Part shown: one piece after another, positions 8,921-18,397 of the stretch
Layout: each line of letters opens with the position of its first letter
Numbering within the stretch: the first letter of the stretch is position 1
Source: a virus
Lineage: Duplodnaviria; Caudoviricetes
Reading direction: 5' to 3' (one strand)
Length of the DNA stretch: 64,000 nt
IMG/VR virus record: IMGVR_UViG_3300044981_000214
Notes under the pieces: generated by a model
What the model was told of the DNA's origin: nothing
The model's database searches: none
What the model saw: only the letters and a program-made list of their open reading frames with translations
Made by a program: the position numbers and the translations under genes

Positions 8921-9136
8921 TTAAGCTCCTATCATCTCGCCGTTTTCATCCACAGCCATAACACACCCGTGACCCTCGATGTCGGCTACTACCAACGCGA
9001 CATGATGCCCTTGATAGTGTAGCCATTGAGCAAACTTGGCTGCCCAAATACCTTGTGCACGATTGCTTACTAGCTTATTAGAATCCAGATTTCCATACAC
9101 GCAACCAGCTGTGACTAGGATCTTTTTCTTGCTCAT
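8921..9136 (-). CDS. Short protein resembling the N-terminus of CoaB/DFP (possibly truncated)
   Basis: ILVTAG..YGNLD..KLVSNRAQG resembles CoaB VLITAG.T.E.ID.VR.ISN.SSG; only 71 aa. Confidence 0.4.
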   Translation of the reverse strand: MSKKKILVTAGCVYGNLDSNKLVSNRAQGIWAAKFAQWLHYQGHHVALVVADIEGHGCVMAVDENGEMIGA

Positions 9137-9306
9137 TAACTATTTCTCTCTACCCAATTCTTCAGGTAATCCGCCATCCTCAGAATTTCGTCTGCTGTAA
9201 ATGCGCCTGCAGCGCTGACGATAAACTTCTCGTCGTAAAGGTAGGTTTCGAAAACGAATCCAGGCCCTTTGATAACGGGCCCTGCTTTCATTACTTTCTC
9301 ATCCAT
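9136..9306 (-). CDS. 56-aa hypothetical protein (MDEKVMKAGP...)
   Basis: Fills the gap exactly; stop overlaps next start. Confidence 0.6.
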   Translation of the reverse strand: MDEKVMKAGPVIKGPGFVFETYLYDEKFIVSAAGAFTADEILRMADYLKNWVERNS

Positions 9307-9307
9307 C

Positions 9308-9514
9308 TTACTCATCGAGTTTGACCGCTTCCTTGAGTTGTACTTCGCCGTCTAATTCGTCTGCCGACCATTCCTCTTCTCTAGCATTGGAACAGTAATT
9401 ACAGAGCCTCATCACAGGACAGTCAATAGCCTTCTCTAGGGCTTCCTCCTCCGTCTCTGCCTCGACATCTACAGATACAGAAATGGTCATCTCGCCACTA
9501 ACACGGAAACGCAT
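9308..9514 (-). CDS. Small acidic phage protein
   Basis: VEAETEEEALEKA motif common in phage proteins. Confidence 0.7.
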   Translation of the reverse strand: MRFRVSGEMTISVSVDVEAETEEEALEKAIDCPVMRLCNYCSNAREEEWSADELDGEVQLKEAVKLDE

Positions 9515-9523
9515 AAATATTCG

Positions 9524-10204
9524 TTACCCCTTCAGTAATTTGATCGCTAGATCTCGTTGCCCGACTGACCAAGCTGCCTCAAAGGCGTTACGGATATCAT
9601 TACCGCGGTGCTGTCGGTTGGTCAGGTCCTTGAAGCGCCAGTTAAGCTCGCTACGATGGATTTTCTCACCGTCCAGATTAGCTATAGCTAACGTCTTGAA
9701 TTCCTCAAGTGTAGTTATACCAAAGACGTAATTCCGTAGTTCAGTTAACCTGGGCAACATGCCGACGATGACAACTAGAATACCAAAATTAGACAGCCCA
9801 AGATTACTAGAATACTTGAATTCATCTAGACTCGTCCTACGCGCCTTCAGCGCACGTTGATATAAGTCTCTATGTCCGGGACGGTTAGCGCCTCTTACTA
9901 CAGCTTTGGGTCCGTCTGAGAAGTCCCGAATAATTTGACTACAACCTAACATGTGCGAGTTGAGTTCCTGAGCCGTATATGGCCAGTCTTTGTCGATCCC
10001 AAAGCTCTTAGCGTATTCATATTCCAGATCGACAATATCAGCGATAAATCCTGCAGCGTTCCGCAAATCCTTGAACTCTTGCGTAAGACTCTCGACCATT
10101 TTTGTGACACGTTTGACTTCTTCCTCGACGACCCAGCTGGCAAGGCGGTTGTAATACTTGTGGCTCATTAGAGCCAATGTACTTGGCACGAAACAATAAC
10201 CCAA
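9524..10204 (-). CDS. Hypothetical protein
   Basis: 226-aa ORF; start uncertain. Confidence 0.7.
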   Translation of the reverse strand: MGYCFVPSTLALMSHKYYNRLASWVVEEEVKRVTKMVESLTQEFKDLRNAAGFIADIVDLEYEYAKSFGIDKDWPYTAQELNSHMLGCSQIIRDFSDGPKAVVRGANRPGHRDLYQRALKARRTSLDEFKYSSNLGLSNFGILVVIVGMLPRLTELRNYVFGITTLEEFKTLAIANLDGEKIHRSELNWRFKDLTNRQHRGNDIRNAFEAAWSVGQRDLAIKLLKG

Positions 10205-10213
10205 GTCAAGGCC

Positions 10214-10591
10214 TTAGTTCGGCAATTTATCCTTCACGTTGCCGCGTTTTGGATCAGCAGGTGTTTTTGGTGCTCCCTCACCCGACACGTCTTCACCTGG
10301 ATATGGAATTTTTAATTGCCAACCTGCTATGAACTTTTCATGAGGCACTGTAAGTGTCACCATACAGGTCTTACATTTGATGACTAAGTATGTATGTCCT
10401 GCTGTATCGGTTGGACACGACCATGAAAGATTGTGTACTTTACACTGACAGATCGGGCCGTCCATATGTATGACGACATTTTCGAAGGGCATCTTACGTC
10501 TGAGCCTATTATGTAAGAATTCGAATAGCTTGAACAAGAAATATTTCAAGCTTAGTTTCGATCTAGAATCGAGTGTCTTGCCGGTCTTCAA
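10214..10591 (-). CDS. Zn-ribbon hypothetical protein
   Basis: CQC...CKTC; start uncertain. Confidence 0.6.
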   Translation of the reverse strand: MKTGKTLDSRSKLSLKYFLFKLFEFLHNRLRRKMPFENVVIHMDGPICQCKVHNLSWSCPTDTAGHTYLVIKCKTCMVTLTVPHEKFIAGWQLKIPYPGEDVSGEGAPKTPADPKRGNVKDKLPN

Positions 10592-10772
10592 CTACCCCTA
10601 GCATACGCTCGACCCAATCACATGGACGCCGTCGTTGTATTCTACGTAAAGCCCATCCGGACCCTTCAAAGCCAGAGAACGCCCACGTGCAAAGGATACG
10701 CATATAGACCTCACGTGCTGAGCACCGCGCCTGATCTAGCCTGGTAATTACGCGCCAAACCCGTTCTTCCAT
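10563..10772 (-). CDS. Hypothetical protein
   Basis: ORF in packed array. Confidence 0.5.
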   Translation of the reverse strand: MEERVWRVITRLDQARCSAREVYMRILCTWAFSGFEGSGWALRRIQRRRPCDWVERMLGVVEDRQDTRF

Positions 10773-11224
10773 AACAAACTCCTAACAACTTGATTTTGAA
10801 GATACGGGTGAGGGTGAGCTGTCCCCTTTGCCCAACAGTCTATTGTTGATTCAGCTACTTCAAATTCTTCGGCTAAAGATCGATTAAACCCTTCAGGGAA
10901 TACTGATCTAGCTGCAATTAGGATCGTATCAAATCCGAAAGTCCGCCCTGAATGTAACCAATCAATGCACTGACGGGCGAAGTCTGTAAGGACGTCCATA
11001 CGTGAATTACATGGGTCACCTGCCGAACGTGTAAAGCCGCCCTCCTCACGAGGAATCGTACAGACCTGTCGAGCCAATACCCTGCCGGTAGCATCAACTT
11101 CGACGTCTCGAATTTCTACATTTCGACACGTATCGTCGATGCACATCAATCTGACATTAGGCATAACTTTATTGTACTTGGACCTTATAGCACTTGATAC
11201 AGCGTCGTGTGGTGCCATCCTCAA
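10748..11224 (-). CDS. Protein with C-terminal XRE-type HTH
   Basis: SLAEEFEVAESTIDCWAKGTAHP. Confidence 0.6.
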   Translation of the reverse strand: MRMAPHDAVSSAIRSKYNKVMPNVRLMCIDDTCRNVEIRDVEVDATGRVLARQVCTIPREEGGFTRSAGDPCNSRMDVLTDFARQCIDWLHSGRTFGFDTILIAARSVFPEGFNRSLAEEFEVAESTIDCWAKGTAHPHPYLQNQVVRSLLWKNGFGA

Positions 11225-11287
11225 ACGAGCCTCCGTAACGCCATGGACCCCATTTGTGACGGCACCTTTTCTTAACCTGTTTAGGTT

Positions 11288-11482
11288 TCAGCTTGGACAT
11301 TTTAGGCTTACCTTGACACACTTACAGACGCGTTTGCCTGTTCCTCGACAATGCGGACAGGTAAGTTCCAGTTGTTCGCCACAATTGTAGTCATAGTAGG
11401 TTCCCGATCCCCCACAAAAACAGCCGTATTGACGGATAAATTTTAAGGTTTCATCGTCGTCGGGTAACGGTGGACTTCTCAT
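11288..11482 (-). CDS. Small DnaJ-type Zn-finger protein
   Basis: CFCGGSG and CPHCRGTG. Confidence 0.6.
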   Translation of the reverse strand: MRSPPLPDDDETLKFIRQYGCFCGGSGTYYDYNCGEQLELTCPHCRGTGKRVCKCVKVSLKCPS

Positions 11483-11733
11483 TTCTGCTTAAACCCTATT
11501 CTTTGAGACGGCATTTTCTTGGCTCCGTAGACTTCGGCTATCGTCCAAGTGTTACCGTGTTCGTCAACAATCACGTTGTTCTTCTTAGCAATATCTGACT
11601 TGATCCAAATGATGTCAAAGTAATAGCCGGCAGGGAAGCGCATGCCTAGGAGTATTTTCTCCTCTGACGGACGTCGAATTTCACACTGGCGGTAAAGCTC
11701 AAAATTAGTATCGTCTACAAAAACTTCAGGCAT
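11479..11733 (-). CDS. Hypothetical protein
   Basis: ORF with 4-nt overlap. Confidence 0.65.
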   Translation of the reverse strand: MPEVFVDDTNFELYRQCEIRRPSEEKILLGMRFPAGYYFDIIWIKSDIAKKNNVIVDEHGNTWTIAEVYGAKKMPSQRIGFKQK

Positions 11734-11781
11734 TTAGTTGTGGTGCAGGCTACGATCTTTGTGGAAATCTCTTTGTGGAAA

Positions 11782-12054
11782 TCATGCAATAGTCTCTTCG
11801 TCCTTTTCCTGAAACCAAGGGCATGAGAAACAAGGTACAGGCTCTTTGTTGTCGTACCGCGTGTATTTGTGCAAGCAGCTTGCACAAGATCGATATTCGC
11901 TAGTACCGAACACGTAGTTTTCGCAACGCTTCTCCATGTCTCGGTCGCACACTTCATTATGAATGCACTTCGAGCAGTCACTCTCCTTGTCTATCTCGCG
12001 CTTGAAATCGAGAACGCCGTTTGGACCGCGACCATATAACCAGTGCGTCTTCAT
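11782..12054 (-). CDS. Cys-rich hypothetical protein
   Basis: CSKC, CASC, CFSC. Confidence 0.65.
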   Translation of the reverse strand: MKTHWLYGRGPNGVLDFKREIDKESDCSKCIHNEVCDRDMEKRCENYVFGTSEYRSCASCLHKYTRYDNKEPVPCFSCPWFQEKDEETIA

Positions 12055-12725
12055 AGATTCTTTTCTGCCGCCTCTCGTACCTCACGGCGCTTACGTGCAG
12101 CATCAGAGGCTGCAAAGAATGCCTGATGACTCTCGCGTGTCGTCCAGGTCCTAGGCTTGACTACGCCCAGTTGCTTCATACAGAGCATAATAGTCGTCCA
12201 TAGGCGCTTATCTTCAGCGATTTCCGCTGACCATCTACAAGGGTTCTTGCAGTGATAGTCGAAAATCAAGTTCTCGGGAAATCCCTCGAAATAGCATTTG
12301 GCCAGTTCATTGCCAGTATAGTCTGGCTCAAGTGGTGGTGTCGTGTGGAATAGGTACGGGAACAAATCGTGCTCGATTGGCTCGTCGCTCACAACGGATA
12401 GTTTCCAGTTGTAGTAGTTATCGCGCAGGATAAATCGAATGTTCTTATCAGGCCGCTCCAATGAGTAAACAGGCAAGCGAACGCTCTTTGAACGGTGCTC
12501 GCTGATCACCCATGCAGTCAGGCGGCAGCCCTTGCGCGGAGGAGGTTCGCGAGGCAAGTCATCATAGAGCGTATCGGCCCAAAGTAGGCCTGATAACGTA
12601 TCACGTACGAAGTGAACCTGAGGCAGTTGTGCACGCTTATTCGCATCACGCCCTACGTAAATCAGGTCCGTATCCTCATGTTCCTTCAACCACTCGTCGT
12701 ACCAAGCTTGCAGCGCTACACGCAT
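12051..12725 (-). CDS. Hypothetical protein
   Basis: 224-aa ORF. Confidence 0.75.
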   Translation of the reverse strand: MRVALQAWYDEWLKEHEDTDLIYVGRDANKRAQLPQVHFVRDTLSGLLWADTLYDDLPREPPPRKGCRLTAWVISEHRSKSVRLPVYSLERPDKNIRFILRDNYYNWKLSVVSDEPIEHDLFPYLFHTTPPLEPDYTGNELAKCYFEGFPENLIFDYHCKNPCRWSAEIAEDKRLWTTIMLCMKQLGVVKPRTWTTRESHQAFFAASDAARKRREVREAAEKNL

Positions 12726-12732
12726 TTCCCTC

Positions 12733-12948
12733 TTAGCCTTTCAAGAAATATGATTCGAATACAAAGTCTAGGCGTTCGGGATCAGGTAGACATTCCCGCA
12801 ACACTGCTGTACGCCAGAACCGCGGTGCCAAAGGCTCATCATGGCTTTGTAGCCAGAATGCGAACCGTTCGACTGAATCTGTGGTGGTTCCCAGTAGCAT
12901 ATCAGCGACGCCTAGTGGCGGAATGGATGTGTCGGTTAGAACTAGCAT
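12733..12948 (-). CDS. Hypothetical protein
   Basis: ORF in packed array. Confidence 0.55.
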   Translation of the reverse strand: MLVLTDTSIPPLGVADMLLGTTTDSVERFAFWLQSHDEPLAPRFWRTAVLRECLPDPERLDFVFESYFLKG

Positions 12949-12951
12949 TGA

Positions 12952-13221
12952 CTACCTTTTCGTCTTGTAAACGTCCCATGGAATCGTTGCGCCTGTAGGC
13001 AACGCGGCCATGATACGTACACGACAGTTGTCACACCACTGATGCACCCACTTCATGGTGGATGCGATACATGTACCGCAGCCAGAACAGTGCGTATGCT
13101 TGGCGTGATCCACCATGAGTTCACGCATAGTCTCGCAACACGGATCTAGCCGAACCGACGGTCCTCCTGGCTTATGCCCATAAATCGGGTCGTTGTAGAG
13201 ATCGTCTGGCACTTTGAACAT
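12952..13221 (-). CDS. Zn-finger hypothetical protein
   Basis: CSGC...CDNC. Confidence 0.65.
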   Translation of the reverse strand: MFKVPDDLYNDPIYGHKPGGPSVRLDPCCETMRELMVDHAKHTHCSGCGTCIASTMKWVHQWCDNCRVRIMAALPTGATIPWDVYKTKR

Positions 13222-13223
13222 TT

Positions 13224-14009
13224 TTATCTCTGCGCCTTCTCCACTTGATTCTTCTCCAGCTCATCTATCTTCGACCTTAGTTGATCCCGTTCATCAAGAA
13301 GCTTAGTTAGCATGTTGACTCGGGTCAGGTTACGGTCTAAGGGTAGTTTAGGCGCACCAATATAGTCATTGTCTACATCATCGCCGTACATCATCATTCG
13401 CAGTTGTGTCTTGGCGTCATCGAGTGCGCGTTCGGCTTTATCAGCTCGCTCCGAACACGCCGTAAGCGCGTTGTTTAATTTGTCAGTCTCATCAATTTGG
13501 TCGTTGAGCTGCGACCTTAGTTGTTGCTCGCTGATCCCTAGATCGATAACTTTGCCGTTAGCGTGCGACAGCTGCATCCGTAAACCCAGAATCTGGCGCT
13601 CAGGTCCCGTTGCATGCTCTGGGTCTAGCCTCGTCATGATCTTGACGAAATTGTCCCATTGGATTGTAGCGCAACTACTTGTGCCGATTTCCAATTTCAC
13701 GAATACAGTACCAGGTCCAAAGTGCTCCATGTAGATCCGGTACGGCGTTTTTTCTTCGTCGCGCAAGACACCAGAAACAACTTCAGCGGTGCGCTTAACA
13801 GGAGCGTTGTTGTCACGAACGCTAGGTCCGACACTGTCGCGTACGCTAGGTCCGACACTGTCGCGTACACTCGGTCCGACACTGTCGCGTACACTAGGTC
13901 CGACACTGTCGCGAACGCTCGTTTCCGCCTTAGTGCGATAGCGATTACGCTCCGCACGAATGAACGCGACTAGCTCTTGGCCCTTATTAACTAGGTCGAC
14001 AAATTTCAT
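13224..14009 (-). CDS. Coiled-coil protein with SVRDSVGP tandem repeats
   Basis: Heptad-rich C-terminal half; octapeptide repeat. Confidence 0.75.
   Translation of the reverse strand: MKFVDLVNKGQELVAFIRAERNRYRTKAETSVRDSVGPSVRDSVGPSVRDSVGPSVRDSVGPSVRDNNAPVKRTAEVVSGVLRDEEKTPYRIYMEHFGPGTVFVKLEIGTSSCATIQWDNFVKIMTRLDPEHATGPERQILGLRMQLSHANGKVIDLGISEQQLRSQLNDQIDETDKLNNALTACSERADKAERALDDAKTQLRMMMYGDDVDNDYIGAPKLPLDRNLTRVNMLTKLLDERDQLRSKIDELEKNQVEKAQR
13812..13919. repeat. 24-bp coding tandem repeat, 4.5 copies
   Basis: Unit ~GTCGCGTACGCTAGGTCCGACACT with synonymous variation. Confidence 0.95.
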
Positions 14010-14182
14010 CTAGAAAAGCTCGCTTTCGTAAACCGCGGTGACTCAGTCTTCTTGACGTACTCCATAAACTGCTTGTCGAGCCCTTTCAATAAAGACTTGA
14101 TACGCGCCTCTTTTTCTTCCTCTTCAAGCCCCTCAACACGACCGTATGAGTCGTTCCAAGTAAGTGTTTTCTCAAATGCCAT
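14006..14182 (-). CDS. 58-aa hypothetical protein (MAFEKTLTW...)
   Basis: Fills the gap; ATGA coupling to next gene. Confidence 0.6.
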   Translation of the reverse strand: MAFEKTLTWNDSYGRVEGLEEEEKEARIKSLLKGLDKQFMEYVKKTESPRFTKASFSR

Positions 14183-14189
14183 TGTAAGG

Positions 14190-14534
14190 CTACTTCCAGT
14201 TGTCTAAAGCTGTCTTAGGAACGTCTATGTCCCACGATAAAGTCCCTAAAATCATGTCCGCCACGTCGACCCACGGTACATCGATATGGATAGCGTAGGG
14301 CTCAGCAAACAACCTCACGACCTCGCGGAAGCCTTCTGGACTAGGCGTCAATGTCAACGCGCTGACTGCAGCCTCTACAGCGTCGAAAAGCTCGTCGACC
14401 GACATGTCCAGATGCTCCGCAATTGGCTCCAGAACAAACCTTGCAGCGCTAGACCGCGCCTTGGGCAGAGAATCAAGAATATGGTTGGTCATAGAGAAAT
14501 TATTTACAGTTTGGACACAAATGTCCAACGCCAA
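14190..14534 (-). CDS. Hypothetical protein (likely start MTNHIL)
   Basis: ORF in packed array. Confidence 0.65.
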   Translation of the reverse strand: MALDICVQTVNNFSMTNHILDSLPKARSSAARFVLEPIAEHLDMSVDELFDAVEAAVSALTLTPSPEGFREVVRLFAEPYAIHIDVPWVDVADMILGTLSWDIDVPKTALDNWK

Positions 14535-14718
14535 GCGGCGTTGATTTGTCGCGTACCCAACCTTCAGGAAGCGTTACCCTTAGGCTCTCTAATGCATAAT
14601 CGTCAAAAGTTCTGTCGTTGGAAGTAGTTGACCTGTATGGACCCGGTGACAGTGTGCCATCAGCAAAGTCGCTCTTGCTACATTTGCTACAGCTGATCAC
14701 GAGGACTAGCGTAATCAC
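14500..14718 (-). CDS. Zn-finger hypothetical protein
   Basis: CSKC...GW...LCPNC. Confidence 0.65.
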   Translation of the reverse strand: MITLVLVISCSKCSKSDFADGTLSPGPYRSTTSNDRTFDDYALESLRVTLPEGWVRDKSTPLGVGHLCPNCK

Positions 14719-15305
14719 AAAGTCTCACTTTCGTGCGTGGTCGTAGAGACAACTAGCCGAAAGCCAATGATGTTTGGCCGTGCGTCCCATTCATGTTGCC
14801 TTGGAAAATCCTTATAGGCCAGTGCACGAGTCTTTATAAGCTTAATTTCTTCATCGGTAGGGCGACGACGAAGAAAAATTGCAACACTTTGATACGCAGG
14901 CCATTTGCGATGCTGCTCTGCTGGCTTTCCTTCTTTGCAGTCGGAACAGTTACTTTGTTTCTTGAACTTTCCTGAGTAAGCAGCTGGGAAATGTTCCCCG
15001 TGAACGTTATAGAAGCCAGGAGTGACGGTAATGCTCACATACGAGCGATGATATCCGTCATCGCCCGGATCTCTAATTCTCTCTTCTACAAGCTCATCTA
15101 AGGGTCCAGCTGCATACTCGCCTTTAATCTTGAGGGCTTTACGCGCTGCTTCTGCTTCATAAGTTGCGTAAGCTCTTTCGCCACAGCTTTCACTCATACC
15201 TGTGATGAATGAGAAAATCGGCCGTTCGAAATTGCCTGAATACGTATCAGTGTCAATTACGAAGGTGTATTTAATCTTCATAGGATCGATGCCAAGGAAA
15301 CGCAT
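14715..15305 (-). CDS. Hypothetical protein
   Basis: 196-aa ORF. Confidence 0.75.
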   Translation of the reverse strand: MRFLGIDPMKIKYTFVIDTDTYSGNFERPIFSFITGMSESCGERAYATYEAEAARKALKIKGEYAAGPLDELVEERIRDPGDDGYHRSYVSITVTPGFYNVHGEHFPAAYSGKFKKQSNCSDCKEGKPAEQHRKWPAYQSVAIFLRRRPTDEEIKLIKTRALAYKDFPRQHEWDARPNIIGFRLVVSTTTHESETL

Positions 15306-15308
15306 AGG

Positions 15309-15575
15309 TCAATAACGCCCGTGCTGACGCTTTCGCTCCTGCTGCTCGCGATACTTGTTAGTCTCCTTGACGTAAAGCTTCTCCAACTCGAAGCGATACC
15401 ACTTCTTAGGCGGGTTACCGTTCCAACTCACCATTGCTGTCTGCGTTTCTTTGTCGACAGAAATGATTCGGACCCTCCATAAGCCGAGTTCGCGCATCGT
15501 ACTGTTACCCATGCGATAGCTGTGGATATCCAATAGGATCATGCCAGGCTCGATCTTATCGAATTTGATGCTCAT
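15309..15575 (-). CDS. Hypothetical protein (SH3-like pattern)
   Basis: ORF with variant promoter GAAATA-N17-CGTT at 15582-15608. Confidence 0.7.
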   Translation of the reverse strand: MSIKFDKIEPGMILLDIHSYRMGNSTMRELGLWRVRIISVDKETQTAMVSWNGNPPKKWYRFELEKLYVKETNKYREQQERKRQHGRY

Positions 15576-15609
15576 AGACTCAACGAGTTGAATACCCTAC
15601 ATTATTTCA

Positions 15610-16350
15610 TCAAATTCTACGCCAAATCGCCAAATTCATTTTGGAATGCGTCCGAGTAGTCTGATGCGTATAAGTCCAGCCTTGCACGAACTCCAACTTA
15701 CATCCAACCCTCCTAGCGAGCCCTGTCACCAGCTCACGTACACCTCGCCATCGAGTATCGTCATTCATGGCTGCAGGATCGCAGATATCTTCACCAGCAG
15801 CGGTCCAAACATCCCGTGCCGCGTGCTGAATACTACTCTCGCGGCCAACATAAAACGTCAACGCTATAATACCGTTTGGTGCCAGCCTAAAGCAGGTCTC
15901 GACAATTGCTGGCTGAACATACTTACGTGTCAGTAGTCCCATAAAATCAAGATAGGCAAATCCAATACGAGCATCTTTGGGCTTGTTCCGAAGGACTTCA
16001 ACAATGTCATCGCAAATTGTGTTCACACCAGGATAGCGCGCTTTAAGGCCATCAAATCCTGTAAGTATTGCTGCTCGCGTAGTTGGCTCTTTAGCCCAGT
16101 CTACAAAGGTACTGAGTCTTGGATCCCTACGCAAATGATCAAACAGCAACGAGGCTTCATACTCAGCTTCGTGTCCGGCTAGCGTAATAGTCTCAGCCCA
16201 TCTCGGTGTCGATACAACGTGTTCCTTGTAGAGCTGCAGGCGCACGGTGTTTTTAGACAGATCAGCGACTGGGTAGACACCCTCTGCGTAGCGTTTGTTA
16301 GTACGCAACATTGGCGAGACATCTAAGCCGGAATTGGCAGATGCTGTCAA
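15610..16350 (-). CDS. Putative class I SAM-dependent methyltransferase-like protein
   Basis: ITLAG, IGFAYLDFMG, LAPNGIIALTF Rossmann-like pattern. Confidence 0.4.
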   Translation of the reverse strand: MTASANSGLDVSPMLRTNKRYAEGVYPVADLSKNTVRLQLYKEHVVSTPRWAETITLAGHEAEYEASLLFDHLRRDPRLSTFVDWAKEPTTRAAILTGFDGLKARYPGVNTICDDIVEVLRNKPKDARIGFAYLDFMGLLTRKYVQPAIVETCFRLAPNGIIALTFYVGRESSIQHAARDVWTAAGEDICDPAAMNDDTRWRGVRELVTGLARRVGCKLEFVQGWTYTHQTTRTHSKMNLAIWRRI

Positions 16351-16353
16351 GGG

Positions 16354-17136
16354 CTACTTAGCTACCGTCCAGTTGTAGGTGGCCCCGTTGTGAACGTCGC
16401 CGCGCGTAATCTTTCCCTGATCCTTGAGCTGGGTCAGGACACGGAACGTGATCTCCCACGGCCTGCCAATTGCCTTCTTGACACCGTTGGTCGTGATTCC
16501 ACCGTTCTTGGTGGCAGCGATTACAACCTTCAGAGCCTTCTCAGCAGACTTCGCGTCCCTCTCGGGGTACATAGACTTCATGTTCCTCGGCTTATCCGTC
16601 GAAGACTTATCAGTCGAATCCTGAAACGTCTGCAGTGCACTGCGCCAATCGCGTAGCTGATTCAACGTGATGTTGTAGTACGCGCGAAACCGACGCTTAT
16701 CTACGAGCAAGGGCAAATTGTCATACACAGCCAGTACCCCAACCCGGTCGCTCTTGGTATAGCTACCATCAGCGTTTGGTTGAACGCGGCAAGCAAATGA
16801 ATTTGCAGCCGTGTCAGCACGCTTCGTAACAGGTCCGTTCAAATTCTTCTTTGGAGAAGCAGGGAAAGGGAATGCAGGCGCATTACCCAAATCGTACATC
16901 ATGATACTTGGGGGCTTACTTGGTGCCTTAGCGGGCTTAACCGACTTCACACGATCCGAGACATCGGTCGGGCTCTCGCCGTGCGTGAGCTGCTGGTACT
17001 CGATCCAGCCCTCAGTCAACATGCGATCACCCGTCATCATTTTCTCGTAAGCGTCCCCAATCATCTTTTGACGCTGCGTCCAGCTGGCCTTCAAATCAGC
17101 AAAGTTCTTCATTGCCTTAATTCCTTTATCTTTCAT
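16354..17136 (-). CDS. Basic protein with C-terminal winged helix
   Basis: GGITTNGVKKAIG...RVLTQLKDQGKI. Confidence 0.6.
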   Translation of the reverse strand: MKDKGIKAMKNFADLKASWTQRQKMIGDAYEKMMTGDRMLTEGWIEYQQLTHGESPTDVSDRVKSVKPAKAPSKPPSIMMYDLGNAPAFPFPASPKKNLNGPVTKRADTAANSFACRVQPNADGSYTKSDRVGVLAVYDNLPLLVDKRRFRAYYNITLNQLRDWRSALQTFQDSTDKSSTDKPRNMKSMYPERDAKSAEKALKVVIAATKNGGITTNGVKKAIGRPWEITFRVLTQLKDQGKITRGDVHNGATYNWTVAK

Positions 17137-17161
17137 CTAGGCGTTCGTTGCCTGTTTGTGC

Positions 17162-17187
17162 AACGTTTAGCCGCCTAACGATATTTC
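17162..17187 (-). promoter_or_regulatory. ECF-like early promoter GAAATA-N16-CGTT
   Basis: Motif match; 25 nt to ATG 17136. Confidence 0.65.
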
Positions 17188-17395
17188 ACGAAAGATCGTA
17201 CGTGCCGCGAGTCAGGTGCGCCCGCAGAGCTGCAATATTGCCTCGGGTGATACCCGGAAAGGCCTTGAGCACGGCCTCCGTAGTAGCCTCCCTGCGAAGC
17301 ATGGTGATGACCTTGTCCTTGATCCACGGGTTAGTAGTCTCACTACGGGTCTCACGATACCGCCGCGACTTGTCCTTGTTGTTATAGTTCCTCAT
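17186..17395 (-). CDS. Hypothetical protein
   Basis: ORF; ATGA overlap. Confidence 0.65.
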   Translation of the reverse strand: MRNYNNKDKSRRYRETRSETTNPWIKDKVITMLRREATTEAVLKAFPGITRGNIAALRAHLTRGTYDLS

Positions 17396-18168
17396 GCTGC
17401 TTCCTCCTCTTTTTCTTTGTTAGCATCACTCAACGCATCTTGAGAAGTAAAATGTGCAATGGCAGATTCGATTGCATCGAGATCGAGATCGCGACCTGCA
17501 AGTCTGGCCGCTTGCCGCGTAGATTTGTCGCCAGCGCCACGTATAGCCGCCTTGATTTCAGACGCAGCCTGCAACGCCCGCTCGACGGCAAACCTGATGA
17601 TATCGCTTTGGATACCTACTGCAAGCTGTTCGAGATTAATTGCTCGGATCTTGAGCTTATGAATCGAGGCGACATCACCGCATCGAAGTGCATCTCGCAA
17701 TGCAGTGAGCACACCACGAACGGTGGCAGCAATTTCTTTGACTGCCTCGGGCTGTGCCAAGTCGAGTTTCAGCGGCACGACGTCGATTTGAACTCGACGC
17801 TTGGAATTAGCCTTAGCGGCCTTTTTGTTGAGCTGAACAGCTTAAAGCTTAAGCTCGTCGACCTCGGTACGGACTTTGGCAAGCCTGACATCGTCGGCAA
17901 AACAGCCAATCTCTGTACGGGTACAATGCTTCCTGAGGACATAGTCCACGCGCTTGACCAACGAGTCCATCGCAGAAACGATCTCAACGTTATCGACGGT
18001 CTTGCGGGTCTTGTGGTCGGTCACTTGACGCTTATCGAGTGAGATATGATCCTCGATAAGCTCACGCGTATAATGGACACCCCCGGTTGCATTAGACCTA
18101 TCGCGAATGATCCAACCGGGGCGAAATCGAAAAGTATTTTCCGTGCTTATCCGGTTGTCACCACTCAT
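17392..18168 (-). pseudogene. Single ~258-codon gene interrupted by one in-frame TAA (17842-17844)
   Basis: ORFs 17842-18213 and 17392-17778 share a frame; reads ...DELKL*AVQLNKKAAKANSKRRVQIDVVPLKLD... Confidence 0.75.
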
Positions 18169-18341
18169 GACTTCGCGCACTTCGTGAGGTGGTTCTCGAC
18201 GATCTGCCTCCAAGCAATCTCGATCTCCTTTTGAATTTCCTCATCAATCGATTCCCATGTTTGACGCAGCCCTCGACGAGATTTCGCATCTTGGAGGATC
18301 TCGAACACGATCTGATGAGCACAATCTGATGGGTGTGCCAT
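18165..18341 (-). CDS. 58-aa phage protein (MAHPSDC...SRRGLRQTWESIDEEIQKEI...)
   Basis: ATGA-coupled to start at 18168. Confidence 0.65.
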   Translation of the reverse strand: MAHPSDCAHQIVFEILQDAKSRRGLRQTWESIDEEIQKEIEIAWRQIVENHLTKCAKS

Positions 18342-18397
18342 TAGCTAACCTCGTGATGTGGTGTTAACCGGATAAGCATGGTATTTTCCATGGAAAT

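Noticed and set aside
13812-13919. Possible CRISPR array
   Set aside because: Contiguous 24-bp units with no spacers, in-frame inside a CDS.
17842-17844. Genome-wide stop codon reassignment
   Set aside because: TAA, TAG and TGA all end tightly packed genes normally; only this one clear in-frame case was seen.
17440-18042. 200-aa plus-strand ORF
   Set aside because: Same codon register as the interrupted minus-strand gene; a shadow ORF.
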